Assembly (NCBI GenBank): GCA_002269645.1
Contig: NIVC01002488.1
Coordinates: forward strand, 69,590-133,589
Direction: 5' to 3'
Length of the DNA stretch: 64,000 nt
Source: Macrostomum lignano
Lineage: Eukaryota
The translations under genes and the position numbers were made by a program. This document shows, one piece after another, positions 11,901 through 23,703 of this stretch (position 1 is its first letter; every line of letters starts with the position of its first letter). The notes beneath the pieces are model-generated. The model ran no database searches, was not told the DNA's origin, and worked only from the letters and a program-made list of their open reading frames with translations.

Positions 11901-14900
11901 TGAAAACTGTTGGATTTTGTAAAACGAGCAAAGTTTGTGATTGCGAGAAATCCAACTTGGCGCTCAGGCCTGACAATCGATACATTTTAGCAGCCGATAA
12001 TTGGGGTGGGGTTTGGGTGTTGCACGCGCACGGGCGCAGCCGCACGTTGCAAACAACCACCCCCATACACAGCTACGTACAGCATACGAGCGTAGAGCTA
12101 AGAACACCAATAGAATATTTAGGTGCATAGAATGCTCACAATTTGAATGTATTAATAATAAATGAGATTAAAAACGAAATCATTTTTTTAATTTTATTAA
12201 TCATATTAATCATATAATAATTATCCCTGCTGGCAGAGAAGAGGATCAGGCCAAGCCCAGTACGTACGCACATCTGGCCAGGTGGTGGGGCACGAACAGG
12301 CCCCTGCTTGGGCACTAATGCCGGTTTGCTCAGGTGCAAACACAGAGCAGACCACATTCGCTTCAATATCCTAAACTCTGAAGACTCGAATATCCGGTCC
12401 AACAAGTGACCTTCTCTTACAATTTGCGGATTTCTCCCACTCTTTTCTCGGCTTTCTCTTGTTTATTGCCTGCTTTCTCTCGGTCATCTGCTTCTGCCTG
12501 CATCTACTTACTCTTTTTGATTTTTCTGCCCGAAAAAGCGTTGGAGTTTTGATGAAGCTGCACTAACTGGGCGCTTCGCCTTGAAATGCTTTTACAATGG
12601 AAGTTTCCGACTCAATGAAGTTGGTTTGTGCTTCATGAGAATCTCAGACTCAACTGCTGTGAGAACCCTTGGCTTTCTCCTTCCCTTGCAGAAGCTCAAA
12701 GGCCGAGCAGGCAGCCGCACACTGCTTGGATTCGGGCCTCCATCGGTGAGTCTGACCGGTTCGGCTTTCACTGCCGCACTGCGCCTTCCAACAGGCTGGC
12801 AGCTTGGGACAGAAATTGTAGCGAAACTCAGGTGGGTTAAGATTGGGTTGGACTGAGTGCTGAAGCAGCTGCACTCTCAGCTCTCCTGCTTGCTCTATCC
12901 ATCTAACTCTGAACAAATCACCCACACGCATGTCGGATCATTTTAGGCTCTCAGACGACTCCCAGAAAGACAGGCGCCTGAGCGAGGAGCTGCATCGATT
13001 GCTCAGTGAGGCGGGATTCACCAGAGAGAGAGCGGACTGTCAACAGAGACTGGCTGACTGGCTTGAACGAGTCGCTCGAGTCCTCACACAGGATGACAGA
13101 CAGATGACGGGCAGCTACGCAGAGGGCTGGGCCAACAGTCTGGTTCAAGTGAACGGCAGGACAGCTGCAGACTCGGACATTGACTGGACTGTACTGGTTT
13201 CTGGGAAACTGTTTCATCTGGAAGGCAGCTGCATAAGATTGAATAAGTCCTGCAGAGACGCCACTCGGCTGCAGGTCACGGAGGGCCACGCACAGGTGGC
13301 AGTGGAAGCAGGTTAGTGAGGCTGAGTTCATCATCAGAATGCTCATCAAATGCATCAGAATGACACAAGCGGCAGGCGAAATTAAAAAGAAAACTCTGAT
13401 GCCAACTGGCTGAGCCATTGGGTTTTGAATTCACAGGCTCCAATTGTAGCAGAGTGGGTGCAGCGCTGTTTGAGTGATGGACGGTAGGCGGCATGGCTCT
13501 GCTGAGGTGCTGCTACTCTTACTGAGAAAGTTTCAAAAAATAAAACGAAGCCGCTCCGACTGTCTGATTGGTGCCTTGCTGCGAGGCAATGAGTCCAGAT
13601 AATGTTTGATTTGTGCTGAGCTAGCTACATGTATAACCCGAGAAAGCCAGAACAGCTGAAGCTGAAGGGGTCTACGACAATTTTACCGCCACCCTATTTT
13701 ACCTTGTCTAGAACGGCCGTAAAATTTTCTGGCGGTCAGTTGTCGGTCTCCCAAGCTGAAGCTATGCAAACTCAGTTTACTCAGTAAACTCAAACTCATT
13801 TAGACAGCGTCCAAATTCTCTGGCGTGTTATCAAGCAGCTTGAGCGGGATGCCAAAATCGACTAAATAAAAATTAAAAGTCTAAATAAGCGCGTACACGC
13901 ACTTTAAATACACGCACTGGCAAAAGCGCTCAGAAACCAAAATAATTTCAGCGCGCTGGTGATTTCGATCAGGAGAGCCAAGTCAAGTGCACTTTTACTT
14001 GACAATAAATTCGATCGAAGGCATTAGTGGTAAACATATGCACATTATAACTCTTTCACTACTGATCCACTGATGACACAATTTGATACTTGTAAAGGCT
14101 ATGCAAATCGTTTTTTGCATATACAATCATGCAAATGAATGATCGAATTTTAAAGCTTCCGAACTGTACATGTAACTCCCTATCGCGCGCTTGCCAGTGC
14201 GTGCCTGAAGCATATTTCATCGGACAGTCAAATACTCGATATTCCCAACCAGCCAAGAGAAAATCTGCTGTTTTTAAGCCAACTCATCTATTTTACTCGC
14301 CACAAAGCAACTCTCCGCTCACTGCGTTCTGCAGGTGGCCAACCTGCAGTGACAGCCACGGCGTGCGGTGTGCGGCCTGCACAGGACACGTGCCATGCGA
14401 CCCGGTGCTGCAGAAGTTTCTGTGAGGACAGAATTGAAAAACTGCTCTTATACAGTGATTCTGTTCACCTCGTTCGGGCGACCAGACCGAGCTCGACCAA
14501 CGAGCTCAGAGTGAGCTTCAGCTTCCAAGAGAAACGGATCATGAGAGAGCTGAGCACAATCCAGGGCCAGCTGTTCACACTCATCAAGTTCATCTTCAAG
14601 AGATACTTGCCGCTCACTCTGGACACACCTGGACTCAAGACCTACCATGCAAAGACTCTGCTCTTCACAATGCTGGAGAAGTATGACACAGATCCTAAGA
14701 CTGTGGTTTGGCAGCCCCATAATCTGATCGCTCTGCTCAAGGAGTCTCTCAACATGATGCTGAGCTTCATCGACTCAAGCAGCTCGCCCGATGAGTGCAT
14801 GCCGCACTTCTTCATGCCCGACGCTCCGCTCTACTTCAAGTACGCTGGAATCGGCGGCGACTTCGACAACACGAAGGCGAGGGTTCGAGACCAACTTTGT

Positions 14901-15791
14901 GAACTGAGAAGCGACATCGGCGGAGTGGTAAAGCAGCTGAGGAGACTCGTGAGACCTCCGCAGTCAGAGAAGTTCTATTTTCACCCGTTCACTCTGCTGC
15001 CTCTGACAGCACCGCCTGCTGTCACGGAGATCAGGAAAGGACGTGGCTCTCAACAATTGTACTGCAAGTTCGCAGATGTGTACAGTTTGGTGCACCAGTG
15101 TGTAAGTGAGCTGCAGTCGGAATCGAGCGACAGAGACACCCTGATGAAGCACCTCAGTCTCCTGCATGAGCAGCAGTGGTGCAAGTGCGCCGCCTTGTGC
15201 ATGACCGCCATGGCGCATTTGAAGTTTGGAGAATCTGAGGAGGCTGAGAGACTCGCGATGGAGCTGCAGAGACATCAGATTGAGTCAGGGTTGAAGCCAC
15301 AGGATATTCGAGAAGAGAGCTGGTGGAACATTACTCGTACAAAACTGCCAGAAGACTCAGACTGGGCATGGAGGTTCTGCCTCCCCTGCGACTCTTCGCC
15401 TCACTTCCCGTTCCTTCCCGAGTTCACACAATCTCTATTCACAGCCAGACTGTCGCAGCCTCTCGCCTCCCACCTGTACGTGAACTTCCGCTGCCTGAGC
15501 TGGAGTCTCCAAGCTGAGCTGCTCCGCAATCGCGCACCTGCAATCGCATTCGATCATTGGATTGAACAGCTGCTTGAAGACCCGGACTTGGAGGAGCTGC
15601 TCACTCTGGCTCACTACAGCGACTGCTGCGAGCACGTGGAGCTCAGCCTGCAGCAGATGGAGATGATCAAGAAAGAGAGACGCGTCGCCATAGAGACGCA
15701 GGACGAGGAGAAGATCAGCTGGGTCAGACAGAAGCTGGAGAGACTTAATGATGCAGTAGCCGAAGTCCATCGGTCGGAAAAGGAAGGCTGA
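1951..15791 (+). CDS. Predicted 7-exon giant ankyrin-array / Mab-21 (cGAS-like, cGLR) protein, about 2903 aa
   Basis: Exons 1951-2978, 3334-3397, 3587-4177, 4495-4889, 6774-11585, 12947-13311, 14335-15791. All introns are GT-AG, all phases match (2,0,0,2,2,1), and the total of 8712 nt is divisible by 3. The 4889-6774 junction is the weakest. Confidence 0.55.
3334..3397 (+). CDS. Exon 2 (64 nt, ETSCCTEEGQTVPSFEDAQLS)
   Basis: Acceptor tttttcag| at 3333 and donor GTAGGT at 3398. Converts phase 2 to phase 0 as the model requires. Confidence 0.6.
3587..4177 (+). CDS. Exon 3: canonical ankyrin repeats
   Basis: Motifs GHSVLHCAVLSDNEKLVEFLL and GLTPLQLAVEQENVAMADLFL. Acceptor ttccag| at 3586, phase-0 donor GTATGC at 4178. 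Confidence 0.8.
4495..4889 (+). CDS. Exon 4: canonical ankyrin repeats
   Basis: Motifs CRTPLMWAA and GNSSLHLAAASNNIEVAALLLLHGADV. Acceptor ttag| at 4494, donor CG|GTAAGA at 4890. Confidence 0.8.
5201..5617. mobile_element. Non-autonomous hAT (Charlie/Buster-like) MITE with a CT-rich interior, in intron 4
   Basis: 5' end CAGGGGTCGCAAAC, degenerate inverted 3' end GTTAGCCAATCCCAA, and flanking 8-bp near-duplication GGGTAGAC/GGGTAGCC with central TA. The 3' part resembles the reverse complement of 23202-23266. Confidence 0.55.
6774..11585 (+). CDS. Exon 5: 41 tandem 33-aa ankyrin-like repeats plus one degenerate unit, a linker, and 3 canonical ankyrin repeats
   Basis: Track ORF 6880-11589 (1569 aa), with the frame open back to 6739. 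Unit core AAxxG(Q/H)(L/F/W)EVVKFL. C-terminal GATALMLAA, GRTALSRAC and GLTCAQVA. The apparent stop overlaps the donor AG|GTGAGT at 11586. Confidence 0.9.
6883..10990 (+). repeat. Coding 99-bp tandem array (41 units starting at 6982, plus a degenerate first unit)
   Basis: Unit starts at 6982 and 10942 differ by exactly 40 x 99 nt, with no indels or stops. Confidence 0.95.
12947..13311 (+). CDS. Exon 6: nucleotidyltransferase core of a Mab-21/cGAS-like domain
   Basis: GSYAEG at 13110-13127 and S-D-I-D at 13173-13184. Acceptor ttttag| at 12946 (phase 2), donor GTTAGT at 13312 (phase 1). Confidence 0.85.
14335..15791 (+). CDS. Exon 7: Mab-21 domain C-lobe plus a helical C-terminal region
   Basis: Mab-21-type motifs QDTCHA (candidate third Asp), VHLV, ELRVSFSFQEK, LKTYHAKTLLF and CMPHFFMP. 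Acceptor ctgcag| at 14334 (phase 1), stop TGA at 15789-15791. Confidence 0.9.
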
Positions 15792-18700
15792 GTCAGACTG
15801 ACTGTCTGGTGCGGTGTTCGATGCTGACACAATTTTCATTTACTTTGGTTTTGTTCAATCAAACTGTTTATTCTGCTGCATGCTGGCTTGATGAGGGTTC
15901 TGCGTATTCTGCCAATTTCTGTCTAATTTAGCAACTTAAATGCTGCTTTGGTTTGTCTGCTTTTCAGGAAATGAGCACATCGAGAGCCATCGAGTAGGAG
16001 TAGCCCTTCTGCTATTATCTGCAAATTGGTACACTTGTTCTGCAATTCAATTCACACACTGCATGCTAAATCGTTTTTTTCCGTTCAAACTGCGCATCTG
16101 CTTTGATGTGGACTTTTCTCTGAGATTTTGTTCTGTATTCTTCAATACTTTTTAAGAGGTTTTTTAGGCTAAATGTACAGGCAGTAATTATCAGCATGAA
16201 CCTTGAAAGGTCTTAGGGTCAGCTGGGTCGGTTCGAAGCAGGAAAAGCTTGCTTCAGGAAAAAGCAAGAAGGTTCAACCATGCTGTCGCTAAATATTATG
16301 CATCACTGATCAGTGACCAATCGCTCAAAGATCGATGCCTCTCGGATTGCTCTGAAGCTAGTGAATACTTAGCCTGTTGGATTAGTGCTGCTGAAATAAC
16401 CTTTTTGATGGCGTAATGAAAAAGACTTATTTTCCAGTGACGTCAATTAACGTCAGTTTCGTCGGTGGACATGAACAAGTTGCAAGGGTAGCTTGTAACA
16501 AAGATGTTTGAGTAGACAACTAGGATACATACTCAAGTCATCCAATTAGCTTGTGCATATACTCGTACATGTAATTGCATGCTTGCTTTTTGTAATTTAC
16601 TTTCTGTCGCCGGTTAGATACACTGCAGTGCAGATCTAACTGGCTTTGTTGTTCTCATGCATGGATTGCTGCATGCTTCCCACACCATCCTAGCGCAACT
16701 TACATGTATTCTCTGCTTTCGACGTTTATCTCTTGTAACTCATCTGTTTGTGTTTGCTTAATTTATCGCTGAGTTAGTTTATTTTTCGCTTCTCGGATCT
16801 CGGAAGTTTCAAATCTTTGGAGATATCAATTCGTGTTACATTGCCTGTTTCAGTTGAATCCGCTATGGTGTCATCATCGTGTGGTAGCACTGACGTTTAA
16901 AATATACAGCGTATATCCTCCTGCTTTGATTTACTAGTACTGTGCATGCTATGTTGCAGTTAAAATTCTATTTTTGTGTCAATAAGCATGCATGTGCCTG
17001 CGCCAGTTGTTTCTTGTATACGTTTTACTCCGCAGCAGTTACTTCCCTTAACAATCTCAGTTGATCAGTAAAGTAAGGTGCATTGTTTGTCGTAGCATTT
17101 GGGACATATCCACAGGATTCAGGAACACCCCATATAACTTTCACCAGCCTCTCCCAGCTCCTTGGCTACGCCCCTGCCTGTGATCCTGATCACAAACGGT
17201 TGATGAAACACTTGGGGCAACTAGAAATGATCGACTCAAAAACTCATCGAATGACTAGATAGTTGTTGCTATGATGCATTACATGCATTCCTGCGTGGCA
17301 TTGATGCACGCACAGACAAACAATGTATCTCGTAAATAAAGTGCGTACATGTACGTCTGTGCTGCGTGACAGCAGCTGGTTTAGGGTGCTTATTAACTGT
17401 TGCTGAGTGCATGTACTCGTAATGTTCCACTATTGCATGTACATATAGCTATCTGGTAATATAATAGATTTTTTGCAAAATCTTAAATATTCTGAACAAC
17501 TTCCATGTTTGTATTAATTTACCACTCTTTTCGTTAAAAATTCCATAATCATTTTAAATATGTGCAACCCGAGTTAAGAATATTACGTCACCTTTACTAT
17601 GTATTAGAGGATTATGTTTGGGTACAATACGCACTATCTTTTACTTCTTGGGCTAGAAGGTGTCGGAATGTTTATCTAATTTTTTGTACATGTACCTTGA
17701 AATTACTTGTGCTGTATTCGTATTTTGCTGATTCAGCGTCTTGTTTTAACCTCCCTTACTACTTTTTAAATATAACGACTCGTGATTACATGAGCCTCTG
17801 CACACGCCTTCGTGTGTTTTCTTACTTCTATAGCTGAATACTGTGAACCGCATGAAAAATGCAAGGACCACAAATAGCTAATTTATACTCGTAGTTGGTA
17901 GTCCTTGGAAGAATGTAAAGAGCCACGGGCCCTATTCGCATGTAACTCCATAATGATTTGATTTGACTCACGCTCGACCACATATACCACATGTATAGAC
18001 TAGATACATGTTGTACGTTGGCCTTCATATTTTTTCGTGTGTAGCACTCGTCGAATTCACGCACCGGCCGGATGAGGGCCGATGAGGCCAGAGCCTCCAG
18101 ATCGTCGACAGTCGAATTGATTCGCGGCGTGCCCAGCATCATCAACCTACTAATTACAGTAATAAGGAGAGCGGACGAAATAGCACCTAAACCTAAAAGA
18201 ATCTCGGATCGCTACTGTATAGAAGTCGGCATGGCAACCATAAGCAGCAAAAGAACCGCGTGCGTCAAAACGCTATTCCAAACTGCTTAGTCACATCTCC
18301 TGTTAATTTTCCCCTAGAGTCTAGATGCAGAGTATCTGAATTCGATTTTGAATCTCTCTTTTTCCGCATTGTTTTTGTTTAAACAAGCGAGTGCTTCGAG
18401 GAAAATTCGGCCGCAGAAATTGAAATTCGCCCCTGTAATAAAATTGATGCCGATATAAGCGTTAGAAATTTGAAAGAAGGTCATCCAAAACCAACCAAAA
18501 GCATCCACCAGACCATTTTAGATAAAGTGCAGCCCGTAGCGATCGAGATGAGCGCGACACGGCCTGTCGGAGCTGGAGTGCGACGGCAGGGATCGGGGGA
18601 TCGGGCACGCCCAACTCTGGCGACCAACCACGCAGTAAAAGTACAGTAAAATATAAATCGAATACAAATACAAGTAGCACACGATGCGAAATACGAGCTA

Positions 18701-18950
18701 ACTTGATTACTTTTAAAAACATACGCAGATACATTACACCAGTGGCACGGAAGTCTCTTTGGTCGCTGCTGTCCAGGAAGGGACACTCACCAGCCCACCC
18801 CCACTCCACTATACGAGTTTAGGGGCGTTTTTTCAAGCCCAGAGCGGGGGGAGTTTTAAAATTTCTCGGGACTGAGTGCAATGATCGAGGGCCCATCTTT
18901 GCACAAATTTACGCATTTATTAGACACTGCTTGCTTTTGCTTGCCACTTT

Positions 18951-19190
18951 ATGCCTATATGATAGTGTGCACGGACATGATGAAGCTTCACTATCTAAGC
19001 TTCTAAGCTAATCTAAGCTTGCTATCTGAGAATAGAAAGAACCATCCACACAGCCTGAGCTTCTGGAAAAATGGATCTCCGCGACTTCCCCGAAAGTGGA
19101 AAGCAGCAGAGTTGAAGAAGTTGCGCAGCGATCCAAAGCACAACTACCGGATCTGCTCACTGCATTTTTCAGAAAGGCTGTCTGTAACCA
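18951..19190 (+). pseudogene. Degenerate THAP zinc-finger fragment (possible P-element-type relic)
   Basis: Translated fragment ...RKWKAA...YRICSLHF matches the THAP C-terminal CxxHF signature. The upstream part is disrupted by stops and a frame change. Confidence 0.4.
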
Positions 19191-20946
19191 ATTCTCAGGA
19201 CTCCAACTCGATCGAGCCGTGTAAGCGCTCCGCGTTTGCAAATGCATGCAAATGGACAACCAAAGCAGCTAGAAAATCGACGCTTGAGAATTCTATCCCG
19301 TACCTGAGGAGTGCATCTTTCCAAACTTGCCATCCTGCTTGAGCATCCAAACGTGCCATCCTGCTTGAGCAAAACTGTACCTGAGGACGACCTACCACCA
19401 TGGCACCTACTCAGACTTGACGAGAGAGTGCTTAATTACTATACGCGTCGCTACAAGGATAAGGCAGAATAAACTCTTCGAAAGCAATGTTATAGGGGCT
19501 TCCATGATCTACTGGCGTTCGAGCTCTCCGCCACAAAGGGTAGCAAAATTTATTTTTGCACTAAAGAAACGACAGCTTCGTGAATAATGCAACCAAACAT
19601 AGTAGATACGGATCATAAATTTCTGAATGTTTTGCGTTCAATGATGCAAACCGCATCTTTCGATGACTTTTACTCATAAATTTATCAGTCATAGAAATGA
19701 AAAATAATCGCGTTTTCCTTTTCATTCAATGCAATTTAATTCGGCTTTTGCCCCTTAACTTGTATGCTGCCTAAACTAAGTGTTCCTTCCTGGGGAGCGC
19801 AGCGAGCCAATAGGATTCTAGATCTGCCAGTGGCGTAGCTAGGAGTTTGAAATGGGACTGGGGAAAAACTGCAAAGGTCAAAGTCACAGTCAATTAAATT
19901 TTTTTATGTAATTTTTTGCGGTAAAAATGCACTAAAAAGTACTTGTAGCATTATTTATAGGCTAAAAAACTTCAATTTGTTATAATCAAAAAAACCCGTT
20001 AGACATGTGTCTTAACTCAAATAACTTGAGTTAAAATTAGGAATAAAAATTAAAATCACATTTTACTAGTACATTTATACTTATTAGCTTTTTTAACAGA
20101 GACCGCAGTTTTTATCAAGTTTCACTCATGGACAACTAGAGTAGAAGGACGCTACACTCGGCTTTCGTGGAAATCGGGCTGGAGGCCAAATTTTCGCGTA
20201 AATACACTAGCGAGATAGAAGAATATATTATTTTTCATGCGAAATAGGCAGCTAAATTTGAGTCCAGTCCAAGAAGCAGTGAAGTTCTTATTTTGATATA
20301 AGTTGAAAGAGTTATTACTTTGTTGAATTTTATATGGCTTTCATCGCGAAAGTGTAGCATTCTATTTTTTCATTTACATTATAACTATAGGCCTAATTAT
20401 AAGGTATAGGCTACTCTACTCTAGTAGGCCTGTGGCCTATCTAGTAGTATAGTATTCCCTACTATTATTATTAGGCTCTGCATGTCTACTGTATTCAGTA
20501 ATGGACAATTACCAAGCCAGTCTATACATCCTATCTGTAGCTAGTAGATCTTAAATCTCATGCCTATAGCCTATGATCAATATACTTAGTATATTACAAG
20601 AATTGCAATCTAGAGTGTTATGGATATTCATTCATTCAAGCATACAAACCCAACCTTAGAGATTTCGTATATTTAGATAGGGTAGCTTTAATTTTTGTTT
20701 ACTTTGATTTGAAATGCTTGTTTTATAATAGAAAACTATTGATTTGTATCTATGCTATCTATGTAGACTCTAACTCAGATGTCAGACATCCCAACATAAT
20801 CATTACCTTTAAGTTTGATTTACTTTGAATTGTAACTGATGTAGGCCTATGAATATGATAATATCATATTTATATACCATTTAATGTCTTATGGCCAATT
20901 GTCATTGATTATATATATATCTGACAAGTTGGCTACTTAGTGGTAA

Positions 20947-21330
20947 CGAAGAGCTTGCGTGCACGGCAGCCGTTCACGTGGGCTCAGAATTGCGTGCACG
21001 GCAGAGCTGTATCTTATAGGCCTATACAGTAAGTCATAGCTATTCAAATAATATTCAAATTAACAAAAAAGCAATGAATTAAGATTACATTGGGTGTACA
21101 TGGTGTACGTGGGATAAAACATAAAACAATATAGTAACAATAACTTTTTAATTAGTTATTGTTTAATTTAAGGGCCCCAGTCCTGGCCATTTACTGGCTG
21201 CCATGCATGCAATTTCAACACTAGATGAACGGCTGCCATACATGCAAATAAAGCACTAGTTAGATAGTCGCCGTGCAGTGCACGCAATTCTGAGCTTGCG
21301 TGAACGGCTGCCGTGCACGCAAGCTCTTTG
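20947..21330. mobile_element. Mutator-like MITE (384 bp)
   Basis: About 51-bp terminal inverted repeats (20949-20999 vs 21278-21328, 3 mismatches) and a flanking direct repeat TAGTGGTAA(C) at 20938 and 21331. Confidence 0.7.
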
Positions 21331-23201
21331 TAGTGGTAACTGGGGAACCTGCATGGACAATCGAAGTCATTCATCTTTATTGCCTTTTTGCTTTAAAATT
21401 ATAGTATTGTTTGTTTCATTGTTGATATAGTTCTGATACAATTCATGTAGAGTATTGTTATATTTATCTCAATTGCTTCTAACTCTTGGATATATCTGAA
21501 AACTTTCGCCTTTAAATCTATGTAAAAGCCTACGAGTATAATATACACATTTGCACTTGTTTTTATACAGCTTTTATAAGCTGATTATGCATCAGATATT
21601 TTACTGATGGCACAAGATAAAAGAATTTACTAGAAGGGAGCTGTGGCTTGTGTGGCCTAATGGGTCTGTTTTGACTTTCGACTGCATTATTTTCTGACTG
21701 ATTATAGTTTTCCATACATGTTCAGTGCCGATTAATAGCAAAGATGAGCATTAATTGTTTTTACTAGAGCCAACAAATTTCTGAGCAACCTAGTGAAAGA
21801 ATTTTTAGTTTTCATGCAGCCAATCAAGAGATATTGACTTTTGAATTTTGGCCTCCAGCTAATTTTACATGATTCGCGAGTGTAGCGTCTTTCTACTCTA
21901 GTTGTTTCACTGCATATTTTACAGAATATTTTCAGGTAACGTTTTCTGCGAAAATCTGGGTAAATTTTCACACTTTACCCATGGCATTGGGAAACTCGGA
22001 ATTCGTGGAAATATCATTAAAAAATTATCTGCTACATATAAAAATCAAAACTCTGTGTGTGTGTCTGTGTGTGTGTCTGTGGACAATTTTGATCGCTATG
22101 GACTCCCAAACTGCTCAACCAAATGACACCAAACTTTACACCCACCCTAAACGTATTACGGAGAATGTCTTAGGCTACCTTTAAATTTCCTAGACTCAAG
22201 TCTTCTTGCCTAAAAGTACAAAAAACTGCTCAAAATGCGCGATTTTTTCACTTAATCCTCCATAGCGCCGCTCCACTTCTAACAATTCTCTTCAAATTTG
22301 ACACAAAAAATCTTAAACTATTTTAGCATAATCATGTAAAATTTCGAGTCTTAAAGTTAATCCTGAGCGATGCTGTGCACTTTTAAAGTTAGGCTGTTTT
22401 TTTCAGCGTAGCAACCACCCCAACCTCCGCCCGCCTGCCTCTCTTCCCGATCTGGGCCTAGATGTGTAAAAGGGTTTCAAAATTGACTAACTTTCAGCTG
22501 CCATAAGTTTGCTCCAAGTAAAGCGATTGACTTCAAACTTGACATAAATCTTTATTGACTTATTCTCTGTTTAAATGTAAAGTTTCAACTCTCTAACTCA
22601 ATCAGAACAGAAACTGTAAACATGTAAAGTTTGTCTGCTTTTTCTGTTGTTTGTGCCACTCACTCACTCATTCCCCCAGAGCCAGATGAAGGGTCAGGCG
22701 ATAGGGCTCAATGTACATAGCGAATGTACAGTGTTTTGGAATAACTTTTTAATAGCCTTCTGTACCCCCGCGAGTGGAGAGGAGAGAGTTTAGCGAGAGA
22801 TTCAATTTCAAACCACTGTCCTCTAAATAGACAAGTCTGCAGCAGTTAAACAAGGATGGCAAATCAAGGCAGTGTGGGATGGTTTGTAAAAATATTGAAA
22901 AATTAATGAATAACTGATTACAATGCAATCCTACTAAATTAGTTAGTTCCAGCATGAAGCTTTTAACATTAAGATTCACAAGGTAACTTTAAAATTTAAA
23001 TGGCTACGAAGAAATGCGTATTTCCTTGGTTGTTAGACTGCTGCAGACTGTGGTGGTGGAGCCAGAGAATGGAGATACACAAATTCCTCTCAGGGCTACT
23101 AATTGGCCAGAAAGATGACGCGATTAAAGCATGAGAAATGATAACAAATAACAACCATGATAGTATTACTTCCCATCCCATGCACAAACTGGCTTTCGAA
23201 G

Positions 23202-23631
23202 CAGGGATCGGCAGATTTTTATCTCAAAGGCCAGATAAAGAATCCAGCTCATGGCTGCGGGCCAGATGAGAGTAAAAAGGAAAAGGAATAGACTATTAGA
23301 AAGGGAGGAGGGGTGAGAGGGGATAAGAGAGCAGATAGAAGATAACAGGAGAGACAAGGGGGTTGAGGAGAGAGCAGAGAATATGGGACGAAGAAGCGAG
23401 AGGGGGGAGAGAGAAGGGAGACGAAATAGTAGAGGTGAGAAGATGGAGAGAGAAGAGGGGAGAGATGAGACAGAGGATCGATGAGAGAGGAGAGTGGAGA
23501 AGAGTGAGAAGAGATGAGAGATGAGAGAACAGAGAGGCAAATGAGAGAGGATCGAGAGGAGAGATTAGAAAGGATAGAGAAGAGAGGAGATAAGAGGGGG
23601 AGAGAGAGGAGTGAGAAGAGAGGAGATAAGA

Positions 23632-23703
<72 letters not shown>

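Noticed and set aside
16438-16445. CRE palindrome TGACGTCA (also at 53910-53917)
   Set aside because: Two isolated 8-mers in 64 kb are compatible with chance.
21900-22700. Helitron/Helentron-like segment (TGTC microsatellite followed by CTCCCAAAC...)
   Set aside because: Only a vague resemblance; no defined termini or hairpin end could be located.
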